41,852 nt of DNA from an uncultured Muribaculaceae bacterium (GTDB lineage: Bacteria > Bacteroidota > Bacteroidia > Bacteroidales > UBA932), in assembly GCA_964460265.1 (NCBI GenBank), contig CAYWPV010000001.1, forward strand, positions 1-41,852. The letters are read 5' to 3'. The notes beneath the pieces are model-generated. The model saw nothing but the letters and a program-made list of their open reading frames with translations. It was not told where the DNA came from and searched no databases. A program made the translations under genes and the position numbers. Positions 1 through 8,774 of the stretch are shown piece by piece. Position 1 is the stretch's first letter. The number at the start of each line of letters is the position of its first letter.

Positions 1-546
1 ACGAAAATCCACACGTCCGTCCGCGATGTAGTAGAAAATAGCTTTGGTGCCGTCTCCCTGGAACTCAACATCTCCGATCTTCATGTCAAGTCCCATCTCG
101 GCGGCAATCTGCCGGGCACGTATCATCGTTTCCTGCTCTCTGGCTATGGCGATCTGCCAGTTTTCAATGTCGAAAGGCTTGGCCTTGCGGTATATGCGCT
201 TGAATTCAGTTTCCGCAGGATTCACCCCCTTGCACCTCATCTGACGTGCAATTACTGGTCCTCCGAGCGTGACTATTCCGAGATCATGCCCCGTGTGGGC
301 TTCCACCACGACCAAGTCTCCGATGCGGATACTCTGCCCGGAATCATTTCTGTAGAAGCCTTTTCTGGTGTTCTTGAATCTTACTTCATATATGTCGGAA
401 AACTGTTCCTGCTGCACACCGGACAACCAGTCGGAATCCATAAGCTTGCAGCATCCCTGCCTGTAGGAGCACAGCATTTCGTTGTCCGACGTGCGGGTGA
501 AAACGCAACCGCGCGAACAGTCATATCTAATATTCTCGTCTTCCAT
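1..546 (-). CDS. ricT: PSP1-domain / RicT (YaaT) family protein, 3' end truncated by the window edge
   Basis: Not in the ORF track; translated manually from ATG at 546: MEDENIRYDCSRGC...GCCKLMDSDWL...YEVRFKNTRKGFY...GHDLGIV...MKIGDVEFQGDGTKAIFYYIADGRVDFR. These are typical Bacteroidota PSP1 motifs, and the gene lies directly downstream of holB. Confidence 0.88.
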   Translation of the reverse strand, partial: MEDENIRYDCSRGCVFTRTSDNEMLCSYRQGCCKLMDSDWLSGVQQEQFSDIYEVRFKNTRKGFYRNDSGQSIRIGDLVVVEAHTGHDLGIVTLGGPVIARQMRCKGVNPAETEFKRIYRKAKPFDIENWQIAIAREQETMIRARQIAAEMGLDMKIGDVEFQGDGTKAIFYYIADGRVDFR

Positions 547-548
547 CT

Positions 549-1685
549 TCAAATGATCATATAAAGCCTGTCCGTCAGATTGGTGAAGGCAATCTTCTGG
601 GAGACATTTCTGTCTATCATGACAGAAGTTTTGCAAAAAACATCCAAAGCCTTTCTGCAGAAATCCGGCTTGCAGCGGGATGCGACATCTCTCAGAAAAG
701 GCATATCTTCGGGCTGGGAGGCAACGATTCCGTCCATCCCGTTCTGTATCAGAAAGACATTTCTCAACAGCTCTCCCGCGAAGTTACAGAAAAGTTTCTG
801 TTTTTCTCTTGAATCAAGATCCGCGACTTCACCGGAAATATCAAGTGACAAGTAAAGGTCACGGGACAGAAGCGCCGTAAAAAGTCTCCGAAGAAGATCC
901 CGTATGAGGGCCACGTCTTCCCTTGCCGAAAGCTCTCTAAGAGCAAGCCCCACGCTGCCTCCGGAAAGCATTGCCGCGGCATCGGCATCTTCCTTCTGCA
1001 CGGAAAATCTCTTACGGAGCTCTTCCGAGACTTCTTCCTTGGACAGAGGAAGCACCCTCATGGCCTGGCAGCGGGAGGATATTGTAGGCAGCACCTTCTC
1101 CGGTGCATGGGTGATGAGTATGAACAGATCCTTCTCGGCAGGTTCCTCAATGGCCTTGAGCAGCATGTTCGCAGTATCTCCGTTCATGAGTTCCGGCAGG
1201 TACATGACCACAGCCCTGTAGCCGTCCGAAAACGGAGAGAGGGAAAGCTGCCTGAGAATGGCAGTCCCCTCAGCTTTCAGAATCCGTCCGCGTTTCTTTT
1301 CAAAGCCCAAAGCAGCCGAGAGATCGCTCTCCATGAAATACGGATTGTCCGACACAAGCTTCCTCCAGTATTCGGAAAACATCCCGCAGTTCAGAGTTTT
1401 GGCATCAGCAGACACTTTACTGCCGGAAGTCACCGGAAAGCTGAAGTGCTCGTCCGGGTACACAAGGGCGGCATGTTGCGAACAGGAAGGACATTTGCAG
1501 CAGGGGCTTCCGTCCGCCCCGGAGGGGCAGTTCAGATATTGCAGGAAAGCCATGGCCAGAGGGAACGCACCGCCTCCGTCATTCTCATAGAGCATGAGGG
1601 CCTGCGGAATTCTTCCGCTGTCGACCATGCCGCGGAGGGCATTCTTGACGGCTTCATTTCCTGTTATTTCCGAGAAAAGCCACAT
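549..1685 (-). CDS. holB: DNA polymerase III subunit delta'
   Basis: FSEITGN start, GRIPQALML, Zn module CPS...CCKCPSC, ANMLLKAIEEP, LPTISSRCQ (SRC motif). Confidence 0.9.
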   Translation of the reverse strand: MWLFSEITGNEAVKNALRGMVDSGRIPQALMLYENDGGGAFPLAMAFLQYLNCPSGADGSPCCKCPSCSQHAALVYPDEHFSFPVTSGSKVSADAKTLNCGMFSEYWRKLVSDNPYFMESDLSAALGFEKKRGRILKAEGTAILRQLSLSPFSDGYRAVVMYLPELMNGDTANMLLKAIEEPAEKDLFILITHAPEKVLPTISSRCQAMRVLPLSKEEVSEELRKRFSVQKEDADAAAMLSGGSVGLALRELSAREDVALIRDLLRRLFTALLSRDLYLSLDISGEVADLDSREKQKLFCNFAGELLRNVFLIQNGMDGIVASQPEDMPFLRDVASRCKPDFCRKALDVFCKTSVMIDRNVSQKIAFTNLTDRLYMII

Positions 1686-1688
1686 GTA

Positions 1689-2675
1689 TCATTTCTTTCT
1701 TTCCGCACAATAGACTGCCAGTTCAGCAAGCATATCCTTCTCTTTCCCGGCAGGAATGGAAGCAAGCGCAGCCGTCGCTCCCTCTACCTCACGCCGCAGA
1801 GCCTCCTTTGCGTAACCCATTCCGTCATAGCTGGATACAAAAGCGATGACATCATCGCGAAGGGAGGGATTTTCATCCATCCGCACCACCTTGTCACGCA
1901 CCGCCTCCGCCTCCGCTGCAGGAGCACGCTTCAGAGCGCCGAGCAGAGGGATGGTTATTTTTCTCTCCATGAGATCCTGTCCCGCGGGCTTGCCCACATC
2001 CGCACCCGGTTCGTAGTCAAATATGTCGTCCTTGATCTGGAAAGCCATTCCCAGACGGCACGAATACTCTCTTGCAGCCGCGGTTTCAGCCTCCGAGGCA
2101 TCCACCGACAATGCCGCGGCCACGGCACTTGTCTCAAACAAAGATGCGGTCTTGCTGTATATGATCCGTCTGTAGTCTTCTTCCGAAGTATCCCCGCTCT
2201 CCGCTTTCTGGAGCTGAAGCATCTCCCCGTCGGCAAGAAAACCCAGTGTGTCGGAATAGAGCCTTATCGCCTTGTCTTTATGCCTGCCTGAATCCAGAAT
2301 CAGATTCACGGCCTTCACCAGCCAGAAATCGCCCAAAAGCACGGACGCCCTGCCTCCGAGCAGATGCAGCACCGTAGGCTTTCCACGGCGGACCTGCCCG
2401 TCATCGGCCACGTCATCATGCAGCAAAGTCGCCGTGTGCAGAAGCTGTGACGCCGATGCGTAACGATAGCTGTCCTCCGTCGGTTTTCCTCCGGAACATG
2501 CCCTGGCCACAAGCAGCGCGAGGATGGGCCGGATCATCTTCCCCGGATGTGCCAGAAGGAAGTTGTTGGTCGCGTTCAAAATCTTTATGTCGCTCCGGAG
2601 CGATTCATCCACAATCCTTCCGACCTTGTCCAGATCGGACTTGAGGTATGCGGAGATTGTATCGAGAGTGTTCAT
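1689..2675 (-). CDS. ispB: Polyprenyl diphosphate synthase (IspB-like)
   Basis: GKMIRP, LLHDDVADDGQVRRG (FARM), FQIKDDIFDY (SARM), GKPAGQDL. Confidence 0.88.
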   Translation of the reverse strand: MNTLDTISAYLKSDLDKVGRIVDESLRSDIKILNATNNFLLAHPGKMIRPILALLVARACSGGKPTEDSYRYASASQLLHTATLLHDDVADDGQVRRGKPTVLHLLGGRASVLLGDFWLVKAVNLILDSGRHKDKAIRLYSDTLGFLADGEMLQLQKAESGDTSEEDYRRIIYSKTASLFETSAVAAALSVDASEAETAAAREYSCRLGMAFQIKDDIFDYEPGADVGKPAGQDLMERKITIPLLGALKRAPAAEAEAVRDKVVRMDENPSLRDDVIAFVSSYDGMGYAKEALRREVEGATAALASIPAGKEKDMLAELAVYCAERKK

Positions 2676-3211
2676 TACAGCTTTGCAATCAAATCCGCCG
2701 CATTGTCATAGACTTCCAGCAATCCCAGGTCGCTCTCCGCCGCGGTACCTTCCTTGACGAAGTCCTTGAGCATGGCCATCAGAGGATCATAGAACCCTTT
2801 GATGTTCAGGATCATGATCCGCCCGTCATACTGTCCGAGCTTGGCGAGCACATGGGTTTCGAAAAACTCATCCATCGTCCCGAGACCTCCGGGCAATATT
2901 ATGGCGGCCGCAGTACCTTCACGCAGCTTAACCTTGCGCTCCGACATGGTGTCCGTCCACTCCGTCTCCATCTTGCCTGGATAGTGGAATTCCGCGAAAA
3001 ATCTCGGGATGACGCCTATATGCTTCGCACCTGCCCGTTCGGCTTCCTCCGACACAACGCCCATGAGGCCTTTCGTTGTTCCTCCCGACACTATCACATA
3101 GCCTGCGGCAGCCAGCCCGCGTACCACGGAACGGGCCGCCTCTGAATATGCAGGGTCTATCTTGTTGCTGGAAGAGCAGAAAATGACCGCTTTCTTTTCG
3201 TTTTTCTCCAT
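2675..3211 (-). CDS. LOG family nucleotide phosphoribohydrolase (TIGR00730-like)
   Basis: VSGG..GLMG, MSERK, LPGGLGTMDE motif. Confidence 0.88.
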   Translation of the reverse strand: MEKNEKKAVIFCSSSNKIDPAYSEAARSVVRGLAAAGYVIVSGGTTKGLMGVVSEEAERAGAKHIGVIPRFFAEFHYPGKMETEWTDTMSERKVKLREGTAAAIILPGGLGTMDEFFETHVLAKLGQYDGRIMILNIKGFYDPLMAMLKDFVKEGTAAESDLGLLEVYDNAADLIAKL

Positions 3212-3216
3212 AAGGC

Positions 3217-3873
3217 TCAGAAGAATATGGCTGCCGAAAGGGAAAATCCGTTGAAGTTCTTGCCTCCTTTGAAAGCCTGTCTGACCTCCTGTCCGACAGC
3301 ATTCATCTTTCCGGAACCGTCATACAGCGAACCGAAGTTCCAGAAATAGCGCCCGGAAACCTGAAGCCTCCATATTTCTATTCCGGCACCGACACCAAGT
3401 CCGTATTCCATATTGTTTATGGCCGATTTCTTCATGTCGGTTTCCTTGCCGAGAGGAGATTTGGTCTTGGAATTGAGGGCGAAGCCTATGAAAGGTTCCG
3501 CAAGGAGATAAGGTCTGAACAGAAGCATGTCCGGACCCCACTGCACCTGCACCGGAATCTCAAGGTAGCCGACTTTGGTGTCAAGGGCATCGATTGCTTC
3601 GGAAACGCTGTTCACTGCATCCAGCTTGGCGCCTTTCATCTGGTAAGTAAGGGCCGGCTGGATGGAAAAACCCGCTATCAGAGGCAGCTGGAACGCAAGT
3701 CCGGCATGGTACAGTGAGTACGAGCTCGTCTTGAAGATGTTGGCGTCAGCCTTGGAAGAGGTGAAACCTCCTATGACTCCAAGTCTCGCGCTGCCTATGG
3801 ACTGAGCGGCAGCGGCATGGCAAACGGCCAAAGCGGCGGCAGCGGCTATGGCGAATCTGAATATCCTGTTCAT
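3217..3873 (-). CDS. Outer-membrane beta-barrel protein (PorT/porin-like)
   Basis: Ala-rich Sec signal peptide, alternating amphipathic strands (YLEIPVQVQW, YGLGVGAGIE), C-terminal Phe. Confidence 0.75.
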   Translation of the reverse strand: MNRIFRFAIAAAAALAVCHAAAAQSIGSARLGVIGGFTSSKADANIFKTSSYSLYHAGLAFQLPLIAGFSIQPALTYQMKGAKLDAVNSVSEAIDALDTKVGYLEIPVQVQWGPDMLLFRPYLLAEPFIGFALNSKTKSPLGKETDMKKSAINNMEYGLGVGAGIEIWRLQVSGRYFWNFGSLYDGSGKMNAVGQEVRQAFKGGKNFNGFSLSAAIFF

Positions 3874-3879
3874 GGTACG

Positions 3880-4191
3880 TTACACAAGTTTTGACAATCT
3901 TTCCACAATCTCGTCCTTTGAGACAAGGCCTACGCTCTTGTCCACAACCTGACCGTCCTTGAAGAACAGCAGCGTGGGGATGTTCATGACGCGGTATTTC
4001 ATGGCAACTTCATCGGCATCGTCGACATTGCATTTGGCGACGTCCACCTTGCCGGCATATTCTTCCGCAATCTCGTCCACCGTAGGGGACAGCACCCTGC
4101 ACGGTCCGCACCATACCGCCCAGAAATCCACCATGACGGGAAGGCTCCCGGATATTATTTCATCGAAATTGGAATTTGTAGCAACTTTCAT
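3880..4191 (-). CDS. trxA: Thioredoxin
   Basis: VDFWAVWCGPC active site, IPTLLFFKDG. Confidence 0.95.
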   Translation of the reverse strand: MKVATNSNFDEIISGSLPVMVDFWAVWCGPCRVLSPTVDEIAEEYAGKVDVAKCNVDDADEVAMKYRVMNIPTLLFFKDGQVVDKSVGLVSKDEIVERLSKLV

Positions 4192-4228
4192 AATAAATCT
4201 CCTTTTTTACATGTATCCGTATGGATAC

Positions 4229-4265
4229 AAAAATCCTGATACAAATTTAGCAATTTGCATCAGGA
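4229..4265 (-). terminator. Intrinsic terminator of the RND operon, overlapping the trxA promoter
   Basis: Minus strand TCCTGATGCAAATT-GCTA-AATTTGTATCAGGA followed by TTTTT; the one imperfect pair is G-U on this strand. Confidence 0.65.
4242..4249 (-). promoter_or_regulatory. Bacteroidota sigma-A -7 element (TAAATTTG) for trxA
   Basis: Matches TAnnTTTG about 50 nt upstream of the trxA ATG. Confidence 0.6.
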
Positions 4266-4295
4266 CTGCAAAACTTGAGCCTCAGCCGACGGATG

Positions 4296-4589
4296 TCAGA
4301 CCATGGAGTCAACTTTCCATACGAAAGCCCTCAGTCCAAGGTCGGGATAGGCCTCGTCCTTCGCATGAAGGGCGGACATAAGCTGTTCCGCCTTGTCATC
4401 GGGGACGAACGTCAGGATGGCATCGTTCATCGTAGGCCAGGCATGGTTGCCGTAATGAGGTTCCCCGCTTTCGTTCCCCCTGCCTTCTATATTCATCCAG
4501 CGGGTGAAACCGCGCTGCCCGCAATCATCGAGAAGCTCGACGATTTCCTCACCGTAGGCCTGATTATATGAAATAAATATCGCTTTCAT
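4296..4589 (-). CDS. PG0541-family, PII-like transporter-associated protein
   Basis: MKAIFISYNQA...RGFTRW..EGRG..SGEPHYGNHAWPTMN; 97 aa; follows the RND permease. Confidence 0.8.
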   Translation of the reverse strand: MKAIFISYNQAYGEEIVELLDDCGQRGFTRWMNIEGRGNESGEPHYGNHAWPTMNDAILTFVPDDKAEQLMSALHAKDEAYPDLGLRAFVWKVDSMV

Positions 4590-4590
4590 G

Positions 4591-7500
4591 TTATGATGTC
4601 TGAATTTGATCTTTCTTCTGTTTTCTGCGTTCCTGACGGGTTGCGAACACGCAATAGACCGTAGGGATGAGAATCAAGGTGACCATGGTGGAAATCGTAA
4701 GGCCGAATGCCACGGTGACACCGAGCGATCTCCACATCTCCGCACCTTCTCCTGTTCCGACGGCCATCGGGACCATTCCGAGAACAGTGGTAAGGGTGGT
4801 CATGAGGATAGGACGCAGACGGCTTCTGGCGGCTATCACCACGGATTCGACCACGGACTTGCCTCTCTCACGCATGAGAATAGTGTAGTCTATGAGCACG
4901 ATACCGTTCTTCACGACTATACCGAGCAGGATGATGATACCGATAAGAGCCATGACTCCGAGAGCTTCCCCTGTCGCCCACAATCCCAGGAACACGCCCA
5001 CAAGGGCGAACGGAATCGAGAACATTATCACGAAAGGACTCATGAATGACTCGAACTGCGATGCCATTACCATGTAAACGAGTATTACGATAAGCACCAT
5101 GAGGATTCCAAGATTCTTGAACATCTTCTGCTGGTCTTCATAGTCTCCCGATATGGATGCCGTGATGGTGGTGGGCATATCCGTGGACTTGATTATGGCA
5201 TTTGTCGCATCCACGGCTTCGCTTAAGACCTTGCCCTTGGCCACGATACCTGTCACTGTTATGTATCTTTCACGGTTCTTTCTTTCGATCGTAGGAGGAA
5301 CCTTGGATTCCACCACGGAGCCGAGTTCCTTGATTCTGACAGGAGCCCCCATGGAATTGTAGATTATCACATTCTCGATGTCTTCCACGCTTCCCCTGAA
5401 GGACTTGTCATACCTTACACGGATATTGTACTCGTCTCCGTCCTCTCTGTATAACGAACCTACCGCACCGCTCATGGCCGCGCTGAATTCGGCGGCGGCA
5501 GTCGTGGAATTGAGTCCGTTGAGAGCAAGCTTGGTCCTGTCGAAGTCCACGAGATACTCAGGAGTATACTCGTCACGGCTCAGCACCACCTGCGAGAAAT
5601 TGTCATTTTCCAGCATCTTGGACTGAATCGTGCGGGCTACCGATTCCGTTTCTTCGAAATCATAGCCGTAGATTTCAAGCGCCACGGAGGTAGCTCCTCC
5701 TACGCCGCCCATACCTTCCGTAACGGTCGCCTTCTTGATCTCAGGATAATTTCTGAGATCCTTCCTTATGACGTCGGCGAGTTCCGTGGAAGTCCTGTGC
5801 CTGCTGAGCTTGGAACCGATGTTTACGTTCATGGAAATGATGTTGGAGCCGTTCTGCTGGACGCTGGCGAGCGCATTGTCCGAGCTCGCCTGTCCGAAAC
5901 GGTACTGAAGCACCTGGATCTCAGGCATGTCCTCCGAAAGCTTGTCGGCAAGATTCTTGGCGAAAGCCCCGGTCACTCTCTGTTCGGTACCCACGGGAAG
6001 GTGAACTTCCACCGTGAGACGGTCAGTGTCCTGAGTCGGGAAGTATTCCGTCTTGATGCCAGGAACGAAGATGACGAGAGACGCGACAAATATAAGCAGC
6101 GCCGACAAGAGCACGGTCTTTCTGTGCGACACGGCCCATGCTATGATGCCGGAATACCAGTCCGAGAACTTTCCAAGCCCTTTCTCGATGGGGTCGAAGA
6201 TTGCTCTGTGAAGTTTCCCGGTCTTGGGCTTGTTGCTGAGCATCCTGGAACACATCATGGGCACGAGGGTAAGAGCTGCCGTCGTGGATATTATCATTAT
6301 TATGCTCACTATCCAGCCAAGCTGCTTGAACATGATTCCGGCCATACCCGTAACCATGGTAAGGGGAAGGAACACGCAAAGCATGGTGAGGGTGGAAGCT
6401 ATGACGGATATTCCAACTTCCGAAGTTCCGTGCACCGCCGCCTCCTTGGGCTTGTCGCCTCTTTCAAGATGGGTGGACACGTTCTCCAGAACCACTATGG
6501 CATCATCCACGACCATACCGATCGCTATGGACAGCGCGGACATGGATATGATGTTAAGCGTATTGCCCGTCGCATAGAGGTATACCAGCGAACCCAGAAG
6601 GGCGATAGGGATGGAAAGCACTATTATGAACGTCGCCCTCCACCTGCCGAGGAATATGAACACCACCAGCATGACGACGATAAGGGTAATCAGGATGGTG
6701 TCCCGCAGGGAATTGATGGTATTGGTTATCGTCCTGGAAGAGTCGATGATCGTCACAATCTTGACATCGGAAGGCAGGGTTTCCTGAATTTCGGCAAGTT
6801 TCGCCTTTACGGCCTTGATGACGTTAACGGTATTCGCTCCGGTCTGCTTCTGGACGGAAATCATAGCGGAACGGCGTCCGTTAGTATAGGATTCCTGATA
6901 TTTTTCCTCCAGTCCGTCATAGATGGTCGCGACATCCCTCAGATATACGAGCCGGCCATTGTGGGAACCCACGACGATGTCCAGAAGTTCTTTCGGATCC
7001 TTGAACTCCTTCTCGATGCGCAGGGTGTAGGATTCCTTGCCTATATCGATGGTTCCCGAAGGTATGTTCCTGTTCTCCGCCGATATGATGGAGGAGATTC
7101 CGGAAATCGACAGTCCGTATGCCTGCAGTTTGCTCGGGTCGCAGTAAACCTGTATCTCACGTTCGGGAGCTCCGATCACATTGATCGTACCCACACCGTC
7201 GACACGGCCAAGCGGGGTGGTCACCTTGTCGTCGAGGATCTTCTCCAAGCCCTCGAAGCTTTCATCGGCGGTGGCCGAAAGAATCAGGATGGGCATGTCG
7301 TCCATGCTGAACTTGAACAGGAAAGGAGCCGAAGCCCCGTCCGGCAAGCTCTGGCTGACCATGTCCAACTTGTCCCTTATGTTGTTGCAGGCGTCATCGA
7401 TATCTGTTCCGTATTCGAATTCAAGAATCACCACAGCGATGTTTTCCCTGGACATGGAAGTCATGTCGTCGAGGTTTTCAACGCTGTTGAGTGTATTTTC

Positions 7501-7701
7501 CAGAACCTTGGTCAGGTTCGTTTCTATGTCGGAAGCACTCGCCCCCTGATAGGAGGACATCACCATCACCACGTTGGCATCGAAGTCCGGATATTGTGCG
7601 ATGGATGTGTTGACGAGCGAGAACAGTCCGAAGATGGCGAAGGCCGTGAAAATCAGGGCCGTCGTTACCGGCTTGTTTACCGCGCTTCTAAATATGCTCA
7701 T
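4591..7701 (-). CDS. RND efflux permease (AcrB/HAE1 family)
   Basis: 1036 aa; GMVVDDAIVVLEN (TM4), IVVKNGIVLID (TM10) and RLRPILMTT proton-relay motifs. Confidence 0.95.
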   Translation of the reverse strand: MSIFRSAVNKPVTTALIFTAFAIFGLFSLVNTSIAQYPDFDANVVMVMSSYQGASASDIETNLTKVLENTLNSVENLDDMTSMSRENIAVVILEFEYGTDIDDACNNIRDKLDMVSQSLPDGASAPFLFKFSMDDMPILILSATADESFEGLEKILDDKVTTPLGRVDGVGTINVIGAPEREIQVYCDPSKLQAYGLSISGISSIISAENRNIPSGTIDIGKESYTLRIEKEFKDPKELLDIVVGSHNGRLVYLRDVATIYDGLEEKYQESYTNGRRSAMISVQKQTGANTVNVIKAVKAKLAEIQETLPSDVKIVTIIDSSRTITNTINSLRDTILITLIVVMLVVFIFLGRWRATFIIVLSIPIALLGSLVYLYATGNTLNIISMSALSIAIGMVVDDAIVVLENVSTHLERGDKPKEAAVHGTSEVGISVIASTLTMLCVFLPLTMVTGMAGIMFKQLGWIVSIIMIISTTAALTLVPMMCSRMLSNKPKTGKLHRAIFDPIEKGLGKFSDWYSGIIAWAVSHRKTVLLSALLIFVASLVIFVPGIKTEYFPTQDTDRLTVEVHLPVGTEQRVTGAFAKNLADKLSEDMPEIQVLQYRFGQASSDNALASVQQNGSNIISMNVNIGSKLSRHRTSTELADVIRKDLRNYPEIKKATVTEGMGGVGGATSVALEIYGYDFEETESVARTIQSKMLENDNFSQVVLSRDEYTPEYLVDFDRTKLALNGLNSTTAAAEFSAAMSGAVGSLYREDGDEYNIRVRYDKSFRGSVEDIENVIIYNSMGAPVRIKELGSVVESKVPPTIERKNRERYITVTGIVAKGKVLSEAVDATNAIIKSTDMPTTITASISGDYEDQQKMFKNLGILMVLIVILVYMVMASQFESFMSPFVIMFSIPFALVGVFLGLWATGEALGVMALIGIIILLGIVVKNGIVLIDYTILMRERGKSVVESVVIAARSRLRPILMTTLTTVLGMVPMAVGTGEGAEMWRSLGVTVAFGLTISTMVTLILIPTVYCVFATRQERRKQKKDQIQTS

Positions 7702-7716
7702 ACGCTTTTCCTGTAA

Positions 7717-8757
7717 TTATTCGCCGGTGCCGATTCTGACTTTGCTGCCGTCCTTAAGGTTGGCGCTGCCGTTCGTGGCGATAACGTCCCCGTCACCGAG
7801 TCCGGAAAGGATCTCGTAACTGTCGTCCAGATGACGGCCGAGAGAGACGGGCGATGCCTTCACGCTGCCGTCGTTCTGGAGTATGTACACGAACCTCTGA
7901 CCCGAACCCTGCTGTTTGACTATGGCCTCATCGGGCGCTATCACGCTGTGGTTGATGCCGAAGGTCACCTCCACCTTGGCATACATTCCCGGCCTGAGAG
8001 ACCTGTCACCGTTAGGAACGATGACCTCGACGGTGAAGGTATGCGAAGACGGATCAATGGTAGGATAAATCCGGTTGATCTTGCCGCTGAAAGTCCTGCC
8101 GGGGATGGCGTCGGTGGTAATGGAAACCTCATCTCCCTTGTGGACCTTGGTGTAGTCGCTCTCCGTTATGCCTACGAGAATCTTTACCGGAGTAACTTCC
8201 TGGACCACATAGAGAGGTGTCCCCATGGAATACATATCTCCCCTGTCATAGTTTCTGGCTGTCACGACCCCGGTGAGAGGTGAACGCAGAACGGAGTTTT
8301 CAAGCAGGTTCTGATAGCTCGTCCTGCTCACTTCATAGCTGAGGGAAGCTGCATCATAGTCAGATTTGGAGATTCCGCCCTCTTCGTAGAGCTGCCTTAT
8401 GCGGCCCAGCTCCGTGGAATCGTTGACATATTTGAGTTTGGCCTGAATGGTCTGGACCTGATCCAGCTCGGCAAGTATCTGCCCCCTGGTGACATAGTCG
8501 CCCACCTCCACGTTAATTTTCTGTATCCTGAGACTGCTCTGCGGAGCGATGTTGTTGACTGCGTTAGCCTCCACGGTGGATGAATAGACCTCCGTCTGAG
8601 GGACGTCTCTGGAAGACACCTTGACAGTATCTATAAGCAGTGCGCTGTCTTCAGCCGCCGCTACGGCCGCATCGCCACCGTTTCCTTTGCCGTTGCCGCA
8701 TCCCGCCGCCGCGAGCACAAGCGAGGAAAGCAGGACTGTTCTGATTGTTCTTTTCAT
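7717..8757 (-). CDS. RND periplasmic adaptor (membrane fusion protein), lipoprotein
   Basis: Lipobox LAAAGC, VEVGDYVTRGQILAEL, LRSPLTGVV, LRPGMYAKV. Confidence 0.93.
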   Translation of the reverse strand: MKRTIRTVLLSSLVLAAAGCGNGKGNGGDAAVAAAEDSALLIDTVKVSSRDVPQTEVYSSTVEANAVNNIAPQSSLRIQKINVEVGDYVTRGQILAELDQVQTIQAKLKYVNDSTELGRIRQLYEEGGISKSDYDAASLSYEVSRTSYQNLLENSVLRSPLTGVVTARNYDRGDMYSMGTPLYVVQEVTPVKILVGITESDYTKVHKGDEVSITTDAIPGRTFSGKINRIYPTIDPSSHTFTVEVIVPNGDRSLRPGMYAKVEVTFGINHSVIAPDEAIVKQQGSGQRFVYILQNDGSVKASPVSLGRHLDDSYEILSGLGDGDVIATNGSANLKDGSKVRIGTGE

Positions 8758-8774
8758 ATTTCTTTTCCGTATTA

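Noticed and set aside
5797-7716. 639-aa plus-strand ORF, and similar long antisense ORFs (1107-2291, 11305-12783, 15102-16451, 28133-29287, 29127-30173)
   Set aside because: They lie antisense to well-supported genes, show no recognisable motifs, and are the expected shadows of GC3-rich codon usage.
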